Shown in pieces: positions 39,614-48,885 of a stretch of 64,000 bases of DNA. Made by a program: the position numbers and the translations under genes. The DNA comes from an uncultured Pelagibacteraceae bacterium (GTDB lineage: Bacteria; Pseudomonadota; Alphaproteobacteria; Pelagibacterales; Pelagibacteraceae). The notes below the pieces were generated by a model, which did no database searches, had not been told where the DNA came from, and saw nothing but the letters and a program-made list of their open reading frames with translations. The stretch spans positions 13,816-77,815 of the forward strand of contig CACDQA010000001.1 of the NCBI GenBank assembly GCA_902554745.1. The letters run 5' to 3'. Positions within the stretch are counted from its first letter, which is position 1; each line of letters opens with the position of its first letter.

Positions 39614-40692
39614 TGGATTTAGTTGCAAATAATTTATCATACAAACCAGATGATCAATATCATTTAAAAGATGTGTCTTTTAATTTTAAAGAAGGAAATC
39701 TATATACAATTCTAGGAAGAACGTTATCAGGAAAAACAACTCTATTGAAAACAATAGCTGGTCTTTTAACACCAGATAGTGGTGAAATTGAATTTGATGG
39801 TAAAAATTTTTTAAAAATTCCTGTCTGGAAAAGAAATGTAGCAATGGTTTATCAGCAATTTATAAACTATCCTCATTTAAATGTTTTTGAAAACATAGCC
39901 TTTCCTTTGAAACAAAGAAAAATAGATCAAAGTATTATTAATGAAAAAGTAATGGATGCTTTAAAGTCTGTAGGTTTATTAGGTTATGAAAATAGAAAGA
40001 TTCAAGAACTTTCTGGAGGTCAGCAACAAAGAGTTTCGCTTGCAAGATCTTTAGTCAAAAACGCTAAAATATTGTTGCTAGATGAGCCCCTAGTAAACTT
40101 AGACTACAAATTGAGAGAGCAACTTAGAGATGAGTTTAAAAACTTATTTTCTAAAGGGTTAGCAGATGAAACAATACTAATTTATTCAACCACAGATCCA
40201 AGAGAAACTATGGAATTAAATGGTGAAGTTATAGTTTTAGATGAAGGCAAGGTTTTACAAGTTGGTCCAGCAAAAGAAATATTTGAAAACCCCAATTCTT
40301 TAAAAGTTGCAGAAATTTCTAATGACCCGCCGATGAATATTATCGAAGCTAAAATTTCAGATAATCAGATTAGATTTGAAGGTATAGATGTAGAGGCTCC
40401 ACAACATTTAAATAAATTAACCGAAGATGGTTTAAAAATCGGATTAAGATCTTCCGATATTGAATTAAACGAAAACGGACACGAATTTGAAGTTGAGCTT
40501 GCAGAAATTAGTGGTTCAGAAACATTGCTACATTTAAAAAGAGGAGATACAAAAATTATAGTTTCAATAGAAGAAGTTCTAAATTTTAAGATACACGATA
40601 AAGTAAAAATTAATTTTAAAATTGATAGAGCTTACGCGTTTTATGCTGATGGAAAATTAGCATCTTCGCCTTTTGGGAGTTTGAATGGCTAA
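39613..40692 (+). CDS. ABC ATPase, GlpS-like
   Basis: GRTLSGKT, VYQQFINYP, LSGGQQQR and DEPLVNLDYKLRE motifs; switch His absent (STTD). Confidence 0.88.
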   Translation: MDLVANNLSYKPDDQYHLKDVSFNFKEGNLYTILGRTLSGKTTLLKTIAGLLTPDSGEIEFDGKNFLKIPVWKRNVAMVYQQFINYPHLNVFENIAFPLKQRKIDQSIINEKVMDALKSVGLLGYENRKIQELSGGQQQRVSLARSLVKNAKILLLDEPLVNLDYKLREQLRDEFKNLFSKGLADETILIYSTTDPRETMELNGEVIVLDEGKVLQVGPAKEIFENPNSLKVAEISNDPPMNIIEAKISDNQIRFEGIDVEAPQHLNKLTEDGLKIGLRSSDIELNENGHEFEVELAEISGSETLLHLKRGDTKIIVSIEEVLNFKIHDKVKINFKIDRAYAFYADGKLASSPFGSLNG

Positions 40693-41758
40693 AATTGATT
40701 TAAGCAATATATCTCACTCTTATAATCCAAATGATCCAAATCCAGTCTATGCTTTAAATCCTTTCTCAATGACATGGGAAAATGGAAATCGATATGCGAT
40801 CTTAGGTCCTTCGGGATGTGGAAAAACCACAATGCTTAATATTGTGTCTGGCTTAGTAAGGCCTTCTGCTGGAAGAATATTATTTGATAATAAAGATGTT
40901 ACAGATTTAAAAACAGAAGATAGAAATATTGCTCAGGTTTTTCAATTTCCAGTTATTTATAATACTATGACTGTTTATGAAAATTTAGCATTCCCACTTA
41001 AATGTAGAGATTTTTCTAAAAGTAAAACTGATGAAAGAGTTAATTCAGTTGCTGAAACTTTAAATTTAAAATCCTTTTTAAATTCCCCTGCAAGAAAATT
41101 AACTGCAGATCAAAAGCAATTAATATCTTTAGGAAGAGGTCTTGTGAGAGAGGATGTTGCAGCTGTTTTAATGGATGAACCTTTAACAGTTATTGATCCA
41201 GATTTAAAATTTAAATTAAGAAGAAATCTTAAAGAAATTAATGAGCAATATAAAACAACATTAGTTTATGTAACGCACGATCAAAACGAAGCGATGACTT
41301 TTGCAGATAACATAATAGTAATGAGTGAAGGAGAGGTGGTTCAAACTGGTTCCCCTAAAGAACTTTTTGAAAGACCAAATACTACATTTGTTGGATACTT
41401 TATTGGATCACCAGCCATGAACTTATTTGAAAGTGAAGCTTCCTCAAATGATAGTGTAAAAATAAACAATACTTTAATTAAAACTCATACAAATTTATCT
41501 AATTTAAAAACAAAAAATATTAAATTAGGAATTAGATCTGAATTTATTAAAATTGCACAAAAGCAAAATGAAAACTTGGTCGATGTTAATGTCGAAAAGG
41601 TTGAGGATCTAGGAAACTATAAATTGATCACCGCCAAAATGGGAAACTTTACCATTAAATCAAAAGTTACTAGAGAGACTGAAATACCAATGCAGAATGT
41701 CAAACTTCATATACCTGCAGAGAAATGCTGTGTTTATGAAGATAATAAATTAATTTAA
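40685..41758 (+). CDS. ABC ATPase, GlpT-like
   Basis: GPSGCGKT, AQVFQFPVIY, degenerate signature LTADQKQ, DEPLTVIDP and VTHDQ. Confidence 0.88.
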   Translation: MAKIDLSNISHSYNPNDPNPVYALNPFSMTWENGNRYAILGPSGCGKTTMLNIVSGLVRPSAGRILFDNKDVTDLKTEDRNIAQVFQFPVIYNTMTVYENLAFPLKCRDFSKSKTDERVNSVAETLNLKSFLNSPARKLTADQKQLISLGRGLVREDVAAVLMDEPLTVIDPDLKFKLRRNLKEINEQYKTTLVYVTHDQNEAMTFADNIIVMSEGEVVQTGSPKELFERPNTTFVGYFIGSPAMNLFESEASSNDSVKINNTLIKTHTNLSNLKTKNIKLGIRSEFIKIAQKQNENLVDVNVEKVEDLGNYKLITAKMGNFTIKSKVTRETEIPMQNVKLHIPAEKCCVYEDNKLI

Positions 41759-41823
41759 AATCAACTTTTAATTGTAGGGTTCTACCCTAGGTTTTATTGT
41801 GACAATCTGTACCTCTTTTTAGA

Positions 41824-41964
41824 AAGACTCTAATCTTAATCTATGTTTTATTTTCGACAGTTAATTAACTAGAGGAGAATAAAATGATTAAGAACAAAAA
41901 ATCATTGAAGGGTTCTAAAACTCCTTCAAGACGAAAGTTCTTCAAAGCCGCAGCAGCAACTGGT
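41824..41964 (+). repeat. copy 1 of a duplicated promoter + leader + Tat signal block
   Basis: AAGACT-N17-TTTATT-N5-CAGTTAATTAAC; first 81 coding nt are 69/81 identical to 46705-46785 (manual count). Confidence 0.8.
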
Positions 41965-43041
41965 GCAGCAGCAGCAACAGCTGTAGCAATGCCAAACGTT
42001 GCTTTTGGTGCTCCGCAAACATTAAAGATGCAAGCAGCATGGCCATCAGGCGCTAACATCTTTTTTGAAATGGCCGGAGACTACGCCAAAATGGTTGGAG
42101 ACATGTCAGGTGGAAGTTTAAAAATTGATCTTCAGCCTGTTGGAGCAGTTGTAAAAACTGGAGAAATTGGACAAGCCGTAAGTGACGGTGTTCTTGATAT
42201 GGGACACTGGGTTACTGCTTATTGGTATGGAAAAAATCCTGCCGCGTCTCTTTTCGGAACCGGCCCATCTTACGGTCTATCATCTCAAGAAGTAATGGCT
42301 TGGATGGAAGAAGGTGGTGGAAGAGCGTTGTATGAGGAAACATTAGCAAAAGTTGGATACGACTATGTAGGTGTTTTTGCAATGCCTATGCCAGCTCAAC
42401 CATTTGGTTGGTTTAAAAAGAACGTAACTAAAGTAAGTGATGTTAAAGGTATGAAGTATAGAACAGTTGGTCTTGCAACTAACGTTCTTACTGCAATGGG
42501 TATGGTAGTTAGACAATTACCAGGTGGTGAAATTCAGCCGGCTATGAAAACTGGTTTAATTGAAGCTGCAGAGTTTAACAACCCTACTTCAGACTCTCAA
42601 TTTGGTATGCAAGATGTTTCTAAGCATTATCACTTAGGATCTTTCCACCAATCACAAGAGATGTTTGAAATACCTATTAACAAAAAAACATTTAATAGCT
42701 TATCTCCTGCAAACCAAGCAATATTAAAAAATGCTTCGTATGCAGCAAATACCGCTAACTACTTTAAAGCTTTGGTGAGATACTCAGCTGATTTATCTAA
42801 ATTGATGAATGAGCATAAAGTAAACGTTTACCAAACTTCAGATGCAATTTTAGCTGAGCAGTTAAAAGGTTGGGATAAAGTTATAGGTGATTTCTCTTCT
42901 AAAGACCCGTTCTTTAAGAAGATTGTTGATTCACAAAAAGCTTACGCGAAAAGAGTAATGAAATACTTACTAATGAATCAGCCTAACTACAGACTTGCTT
43001 ATGAAAATGAGTTTGGTCCGTTAGCGAAAGTTAAAATCTAA
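41884..43041 (+). CDS. dctP: TRAP solute-binding protein (TakP-like family), Tat-exported
   Basis: SRRKFFK Tat motif; GWF, KGMKYRTVG and AAEFNNP motifs. Confidence 0.9.
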   Translation: MIKNKKSLKGSKTPSRRKFFKAAAATGAAAATAVAMPNVAFGAPQTLKMQAAWPSGANIFFEMAGDYAKMVGDMSGGSLKIDLQPVGAVVKTGEIGQAVSDGVLDMGHWVTAYWYGKNPAASLFGTGPSYGLSSQEVMAWMEEGGGRALYEETLAKVGYDYVGVFAMPMPAQPFGWFKKNVTKVSDVKGMKYRTVGLATNVLTAMGMVVRQLPGGEIQPAMKTGLIEAAEFNNPTSDSQFGMQDVSKHYHLGSFHQSQEMFEIPINKKTFNSLSPANQAILKNASYAANTANYFKALVRYSADLSKLMNEHKVNVYQTSDAILAEQLKGWDKVIGDFSSKDPFFKKIVDSQKAYAKRVMKYLLMNQPNYRLAYENEFGPLAKVKI

Positions 43042-43062
43042 GGTTTAAAAATATAAAAAATT

Positions 43063-43090
43063 AAGGGGGCTTTTTAGCCCCCTTTTTTTT
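43063..43090 (+). terminator. intrinsic terminator/attenuator after the first dctP
   Basis: AAGGGGGCT-TTTT-AGCCCCCTT followed by a T-run. Confidence 0.85.
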
Positions 43091-43130
43091 AATTGAATTA
43101 ATTAAGAAAATTAAGATAAGCTAGTTAAAT

Positions 43131-43715
43131 ATGTACTCTTATATAAAATTTGCAGATACTCTTAGTACCTCAATGGGTAAAGCCTTTTCATGGTGCATAG
43201 TAATTTTAATGGGTGGAACATGTTATGAAGTAATCATGGCTTACGCATTTAATGCTCCAACCTTATGGAATTTTGATTTTAGTTTACAAATGTATGGAGC
43301 GATATTTATGATGGCTGGAGCTTATACTTTAGCAACAGAGGCTCACGTTAGAGGGGATGTTATTTACAGGTTGTTCCCAACTAAAGTTCAAGGATGGATT
43401 GATTTAATATTATATTTCATCTTCTTTTTTCCAGGGGTAATTGCACTTGCATTTTATGGATATGAATATGCAGCTAAAGCATGGATGGTGAAAGAAACAA
43501 GTTGGAATAGTCCAGCACAAATTCAAATTTATATGGCAAAATCATTAATACCTTTATCAGGGATACTTCTTACTCTCCAAGGAATTAGTGAAGTTTTTAG
43601 AGCAATTATTTGCATTAGAACAGGACATTGGCCAGAGAGAGATGCTGGTGCAGAAGAAACAGAGAAAATTTTAATGAGAAAATCTAAAGAGGAAGAAAAT
43701 ATAGATGTTGTTTAG
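43131..43715 (+). CDS. dctQ: TRAP small permease
   Basis: Four TM helices; AYTL...HVRGD motif. Confidence 0.9.
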   Translation: MYSYIKFADTLSTSMGKAFSWCIVILMGGTCYEVIMAYAFNAPTLWNFDFSLQMYGAIFMMAGAYTLATEAHVRGDVIYRLFPTKVQGWIDLILYFIFFFPGVIALAFYGYEYAAKAWMVKETSWNSPAQIQIYMAKSLIPLSGILLTLQGISEVFRAIICIRTGHWPERDAGAEETEKILMRKSKEEENIDVV

Positions 43716-45066
43716 TCTAACAAATCCAGAAATTGCAATTTTAATGATGGTGATATTTTTGTTTGCTGTATTACTAGGATTTCCTATTGCATTTACTTTA
43801 ATGGCAATGGGTTTAGGATTTGGGTATTATGCATATTTTGATCCGTCAAGAATGGATCATCTATTAGATAATAGGATATTTAATTTATTTGTTTCAAATA
43901 CCTATTCTGTCATGGATAACCATGTCCTCACCGCCGTGCCTTTATTTTTATTTATGGGCTATTTAGTTGAAAGAGCAGGTATAGTTGCAAGATTGTTTTA
44001 TGCCATAAGACTTGCATCTCATTCGCTACCAGCTTCGATGGCTGTAGCTGCCCTTGTTACTTGCACTTTATTCTCTACAGCAACAGGTATAATAGGAGCA
44101 GTAGTGACTTTAATGGGTTTGCTTGCTTGGCCTGCAATGGTGAAGGCTGGTTATGATAAAAAATTTGCATCTGGAGTAATATGTGCTGGAGGCTGTTTAG
44201 GAATTTTAATTCCCCCTAGTATTATGCTTATTGTTTATGCAGTAATTGCTCAGTTATCACCATTAAGATTATTTGCTGCAGCAATATTTCCTGGTTTGAT
44301 GTTAGCGGGTTTATATATTTTATATGCAATCATTTTGGCTTATTTTAATCCATCAGTTGCACCCAAGCCTCCTAAAGAAGAAATCCCTCCAAGATCAGTG
44401 ATCTTAAAAGAAGTTTTAGTTTCATTCTTACCATTATTTTCATTAATTATTTTAGTATTAGGAAGTATTCTTGCTGGTTTGGCTACTCCTGCAGAAGCAG
44501 CAGGTGTTGGAGCTTTTGGAGCATTAGTTTTATCTTTCTTTTATAAATCTCTAAAATGGAAAAATTTTAAAGAGTCTGTCTTTCTAACCGCAAAAACTAC
44601 TGCAATGATTATGTGGTTGTTTATTGGATCTTGGACGTTTGCATCAGTATTTTCATATTTAGGAGGACATGAAGTATTTGAGCATTTTTTTAAATCAATG
44701 GATATACAGCCTTGGCAATTTTTAGTAATTACACAAATTATAATTTTCTTATTAGGCTGGCCATTAGAGTGGACTGAAATATTAATTATATTTGTTCCAA
44801 TATTTTTACCTTTAGTAGAATTTTTTGGAGTTAACCCTTATTTTTTTGCTATGTTAATTGCGTTAAATTTGCAAACATCATTTTTAACGCCCCCCATGGC
44901 CATGTCGGCTTATTATTTAAAAGGTGTACAATCTAAAAATGTTGAATTAATAGAGGTATTCAAAGGCATCATGCCATTCTTGGCGATAGTTATTTTTGGA
45001 ATGGTTTTGATGTATTTATTTCCAGGTATAGCTCTGTGGTTACCTGATCAATTATTTGCAAACTAA
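43705..45066 (+). CDS. dctM: TRAP large permease
   Basis: AVPLFLFMG, GCLGILIPPSI and NLQTSFLTPP motifs. Confidence 0.93.
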   Translation: MLFSLTNPEIAILMMVIFLFAVLLGFPIAFTLMAMGLGFGYYAYFDPSRMDHLLDNRIFNLFVSNTYSVMDNHVLTAVPLFLFMGYLVERAGIVARLFYAIRLASHSLPASMAVAALVTCTLFSTATGIIGAVVTLMGLLAWPAMVKAGYDKKFASGVICAGGCLGILIPPSIMLIVYAVIAQLSPLRLFAAAIFPGLMLAGLYILYAIILAYFNPSVAPKPPKEEIPPRSVILKEVLVSFLPLFSLIILVLGSILAGLATPAEAAGVGAFGALVLSFFYKSLKWKNFKESVFLTAKTTAMIMWLFIGSWTFASVFSYLGGHEVFEHFFKSMDIQPWQFLVITQIIIFLLGWPLEWTEILIIFVPIFLPLVEFFGVNPYFFAMLIALNLQTSFLTPPMAMSAYYLKGVQSKNVELIEVFKGIMPFLAIVIFGMVLMYLFPGIALWLPDQLFAN

Positions 45067-45070
45067 TTTA

Positions 45071-46408
45071 ATGAATGAAATTGTAAATTATTCTGTTGAA
45101 GAATTAATAAATAAAATCTCAAATTCTCAAATTACTTCTGTCGAAATATGCAAAGCATATATTGAGAGAATTAATAAGTTTGAAAAAGATATAAATGCTT
45201 GGGCTTTTTTTGACAAAGAGTTGTTGTTGGAAAAAGCCAAAGAGTCAGATGCTTATAAAAAATCTGGAAAACCTATTGGTCCACTACATGGTATTCCTGT
45301 AGCGGTTAAGGACATTGTTGGTACTCTAGATATGCCAACAGAATGTGGAACACCGATAAGAAAAGGTAAATCTTATTCACAGAATGCGGAAATAGTTGAT
45401 TTATTAACATCTTCAGGAGCTATTGTGATGGGTAAAACAGTTACTACTGAATTAGCATATTTAAATCCATCTAAAACAAAAAACCCACACGATTATTCAC
45501 GAACACCAGGAGGATCATCAAGTGGTTCTGCTGCAGTTATTGCATCTTATATGGCACCACTTTCAATCGGATCACAAACTGGTGGCTCAATAATTAGACC
45601 AGCATCTTATTGTGGCGTTGTTGGATACAAACCTTCATTTGGTCTAATTTCTAGAAATGGAGTATTAAAGACTTCCGAAAAACTTGATCATTTAGGTGTT
45701 TTTGGAAAATCAGTTGAGGATATAGCTTATTTAGTTAAAGAGTTAATTAAAAAAGATTCCCATGACCCCGCTACTGTATATTACTCTTCAAGTAATATGG
45801 TCGATGCTGTAAAAAAAGGTCCTTTGTATGAACCGAAATTTATTTTTTATAAAACTGAATTTTGGAAAACAATTGATAAAAAATCCAAAGAAGCTTTTGA
45901 ATATTTTATAAAGTCGTTTAAAAAAAATATAGAAGTTCATGATACTCCTTCTTATTTTAAGGATATCCACAAATATCATCAAATAATTTACGAAACAGAT
46001 TTAGCTAATAATTTTAGTGATTATTATAAAAATTATAAATCAAAACTTTCAAAAATTATGCAAAATGCAATTGCAAATGGAAGAAAACATACTGCAAAAG
46101 AATATGCTGAAGCAATAGATTTTATGAAAAGAAGTTATGACTCATATAAAGAAGTATTTGAGGACTATCACGGAGTTTTATCTCCATCTAGCCCTGGTGT
46201 AGCCCCAAAAGGTCTTAAGAGCACTGGATCAGCTGATTTCAATAAAGTTTGGTCTTACCTAGGTACTCCTTCTATTTCACTTCCTTTACTTCAAGGCGAA
46301 AATAATTTACCATTAGGCATTCAAGTTATTGGAGAGAAATATGATGATAATCGTTTTTTAGGAGTTTCCAGTTGGCTTGAAAAGGAAAGCGATAAATTTA
46401 ATGAATAA
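45071..46408 (+). CDS. amidase-signature enzyme, malonamidase E2-like
   Basis: VKD, TPGGSSSGSAA and GSQTGGSIIRPASYCG motifs; ATG 45071 preferred as start. Confidence 0.88.
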   Translation: MNEIVNYSVEELINKISNSQITSVEICKAYIERINKFEKDINAWAFFDKELLLEKAKESDAYKKSGKPIGPLHGIPVAVKDIVGTLDMPTECGTPIRKGKSYSQNAEIVDLLTSSGAIVMGKTVTTELAYLNPSKTKNPHDYSRTPGGSSSGSAAVIASYMAPLSIGSQTGGSIIRPASYCGVVGYKPSFGLISRNGVLKTSEKLDHLGVFGKSVEDIAYLVKELIKKDSHDPATVYYSSSNMVDAVKKGPLYEPKFIFYKTEFWKTIDKKSKEAFEYFIKSFKKNIEVHDTPSYFKDIHKYHQIIYETDLANNFSDYYKNYKSKLSKIMQNAIANGRKHTAKEYAEAIDFMKRSYDSYKEVFEDYHGVLSPSSPGVAPKGLKSTGSADFNKVWSYLGTPSISLPLLQGENNLPLGIQVIGEKYDDNRFLGVSSWLEKESDKFNE

Positions 46409-46577
46409 ACTTGTAACACTAGTAGGACTCTCTTTTGCAATCTTTTTTCTTGTAGGTTTAGCAACAACACTTACAAAATCTATGATGATAGGTTTCTTCG
46501 ATGTATTACCAGTTTATATATTGATGATACTTGCCATATCGATGATGCTTTATGAAGCCTTTTTTGATAACAAATAA
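46401..46577 (+). CDS. small two-TM hypothetical protein (58 aa)
   Basis: ATG 46401 overlaps the amidase 3' end; two hydrophobic helices. Confidence 0.7.
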   Translation: MNKLVTLVGLSFAIFFLVGLATTLTKSMMIGFFDVLPVYILMILAISMMLYEAFFDNK

Positions 46578-46640
46578 ATTTATTAATTTCTAAATTTACT
46601 ACCTCTGATTGTATTATATTCTTTAACAGGAATTTTAGTC

Positions 46641-46785
46641 TAGACTTAAACGTCTAATTGTAATTTAATCTGTGCAGTTAATTAACAAAGAAGAGGAGAT
46701 ACTAATGATTAAAGAAAAAAAATCATTGAAGGTTTCTAGATCACCTTCAAGACGTAAGTTCTTTAAAACTGCAGCTGCAACTGGT
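46641..46785 (+). repeat. copy 2 of the duplicated promoter + leader + Tat signal block
   Basis: TAGACT-N17-TTTAAT-N5-CAGTTAATTAAC, then the same signal-peptide coding sequence as 41884-41964. Confidence 0.8.
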
Positions 46786-47829
46786 GTTGCTGCTGTTGCT
46801 TTATCTGCTCCAGCTGTTGCCAAAGAAAGAGTAGAAGCTTCTATGGTAGCTACTTGGCCTAGAGATTTTCCAGGCCTAGGAACTGGTGCACAAAGACTTG
46901 CTCAAAGATTAAGCGATATGAGTGACGGAAGAATTCAAGTTACTTATTATGCTGCTAATGAAAGGGTAAAAGCATTTGACTCATTTGACGAAGTTGCATC
47001 AGGTAACTCTCAAATGTATCACGGTGCTGATTACTACTGGGTTAAAAAACACCCTGCTTTTGGATATTTTACTGCGGTTCCCTTTGGTTTCACATATGCT
47101 GAAATGAATGCGTGGTTAAAATTTGCTGGTGGACAAGAATTGTGGGATGAATTGACTGATGATTTTGGAACACAAAGTTTTGCAGCTGGTAATACTGGAG
47201 TGCAAATGGGTGGATGGTTTAATAAGAAAATTAGATCAGCGAATGACTTTAAAGGTTTAAAAATGCGTATGCCTGGATTAGGTGGACAAGTACTTGGAAA
47301 ACTAGGTGGTTCTCCAATTTCACTTCCTGGTGGACAAATTTATGAAAACCTTGTTTCAGGTGCAATTGATGCAACAGAATGGGTAGGACCTTGGAATGAT
47401 GAGGCTATGAAGTTCCAGGAAGCTGCTAAGTATTATTACTATCCAGGAATGCATGAACCAGGATCTACACTAGCTTGTGGAGTTAACAAATCTTGGTTTA
47501 CTAGTTTGTCAAAATCAGATCAGTTAATTATTAAAACTGCATGTGATTGGGCTGACACAACTACAATGGCTGAATACAATGCTAAAAACGGAGCTGCACT
47601 AGCGCGATTAGTTAACGAAAGTGGAGTTAAACTAGAGAAGTTTAACGATAAAGTTTACGATGCTTTCGCTAAAGGTGCTGCTGAAGTTTTCGATGAAGTT
47701 CAACAACATAGCGCTCTTGCTAAGAAAGTACATGCTGCCTTTGTTAAAGGTCGTAAGGAAATTGGTGCTTGGACTAACTTGTCTGATGGGCCATATGTTG
47801 CTCAAAGAAATAGAGCATTAGGAGTATAA
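46705..47829 (+). CDS. dctP: TRAP solute-binding protein, TakP-like (2-oxo acid candidate), Tat-exported
   Basis: SD GAGGAG before ATG 46705; SRRKFFK; DYYW, NTGVQMGGWF, KMRMPG, TEWVG and HEPG motifs. Confidence 0.9.
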   Translation: MIKEKKSLKVSRSPSRRKFFKTAAATGVAAVALSAPAVAKERVEASMVATWPRDFPGLGTGAQRLAQRLSDMSDGRIQVTYYAANERVKAFDSFDEVASGNSQMYHGADYYWVKKHPAFGYFTAVPFGFTYAEMNAWLKFAGGQELWDELTDDFGTQSFAAGNTGVQMGGWFNKKIRSANDFKGLKMRMPGLGGQVLGKLGGSPISLPGGQIYENLVSGAIDATEWVGPWNDEAMKFQEAAKYYYYPGMHEPGSTLACGVNKSWFTSLSKSDQLIIKTACDWADTTTMAEYNAKNGAALARLVNESGVKLEKFNDKVYDAFAKGAAEVFDEVQQHSALAKKVHAAFVKGRKEIGAWTNLSDGPYVAQRNRALGV

Positions 47830-47848
47830 TTTAATTCTAATTATTACT

Positions 47849-47876
47849 AGAGGGCCCTTAAATGGGCCCTCTTTTT
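47849..47876 (+). terminator. intrinsic terminator/attenuator after the second dctP
   Basis: AGAGGGCCC-TTAAAT-GGGCCCTCT followed by TTTT. Confidence 0.85.
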
Positions 47877-47898
47877 ATATATCAATAAAAGATTTAAT

Positions 47899-48882
47899 AT
47901 GATGGCGAAAAATAACTTAGCTATTTTAATAAGAATATTTAGTTATTCTATCTTAGCTTTAACTTTTGTTTTTTTAGTCAATAATGTTTTAACAGTTTGG
48001 TTTGATTGGCCAGGAGTTAAAAAACTTTTTGCTAATTATGAATTATTTGGATTTAAAAAATTAAATAAGCCTTTAGAGGGGCTTGCAATAAATTTATCAT
48101 ATATTCAATTACTATTTTATTTTGTATCTTTAGCAGGAGTTATATTTTTTGTTTTGAAATCTATAAAACAAACATTACAAACAGACTCTGAGATCTTATC
48201 GAAAATTACAGCTTACGTTGTGAGATCTTCATTCTGGGCTGTATTAATTGTTGGAGTAGCAGACTTTTTAATTTCATTCATGGTAGTAGAAAAATTAGTT
48301 GAGCCAATTTTTGGAGAACAACTTAAAATTAATTTAGTAATACCTGCTTTCAGAATCACATATATACACTTTCCTTTAATATTAGCTTCTTTTGTAATTG
48401 GTTATTTTACAAGATCTGTAGGCTTTATTTGGTTAGCAGTTTTAGTTGTTGGAAGTGAATTTTTGATAGTTCTCTCAAGGTTTATATTTCAGTATGAACA
48501 GGCATTCCAAGGTGACTTAGTTCGTTTTTGGTATGCAGCCCTTTACTTATTTGCAAGCGCTTATGCGTTAATTCACGAGGGCCACGTTAGAGTTGATGTT
48601 CTTTATACTGGTTTTAGCGAACGTAAAAAAGCATGGACTAATGCAATTGGGTCATTAATTCTAGGAATTCCTTTATGTTTGATTGTAATATTTTTAGGCA
48701 TGGGGGGTAAAGCTAGTATCATCAATGGTCCTGTAATTTCATTTGAAATTACGCAGCAAGGTTCAAACGGATTATATTTACTTTATTTAATGGCAGTATA
48801 TTTAGCTGTGTTTGCAGTAAGTATGTTAACTCAATTCACTAGCTACTTTATGAGTAGCAGTCATAAACTTTTAAAGAATTAA
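47899..48882 (+). CDS. dctQ: enlarged TRAP small permease
   Basis: C-terminal AYAL..EGHVRVDVLY DctQ domain plus extra N-terminal TM helices; 327 aa. Confidence 0.82.
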   Translation: MMAKNNLAILIRIFSYSILALTFVFLVNNVLTVWFDWPGVKKLFANYELFGFKKLNKPLEGLAINLSYIQLLFYFVSLAGVIFFVLKSIKQTLQTDSEILSKITAYVVRSSFWAVLIVGVADFLISFMVVEKLVEPIFGEQLKINLVIPAFRITYIHFPLILASFVIGYFTRSVGFIWLAVLVVGSEFLIVLSRFIFQYEQAFQGDLVRFWYAALYLFASAYALIHEGHVRVDVLYTGFSERKKAWTNAIGSLILGIPLCLIVIFLGMGGKASIINGPVISFEITQQGSNGLYLLYLMAVYLAVFAVSMLTQFTSYFMSSSHKLLKN

Positions 48883-48885
48883 ATA

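Noticed and set aside
45071-46408. Amidase as GatA
   Set aside because: No gatB or gatC nearby, and the QTGGSIIRP loop differs from the GatA DTGGSIRQP
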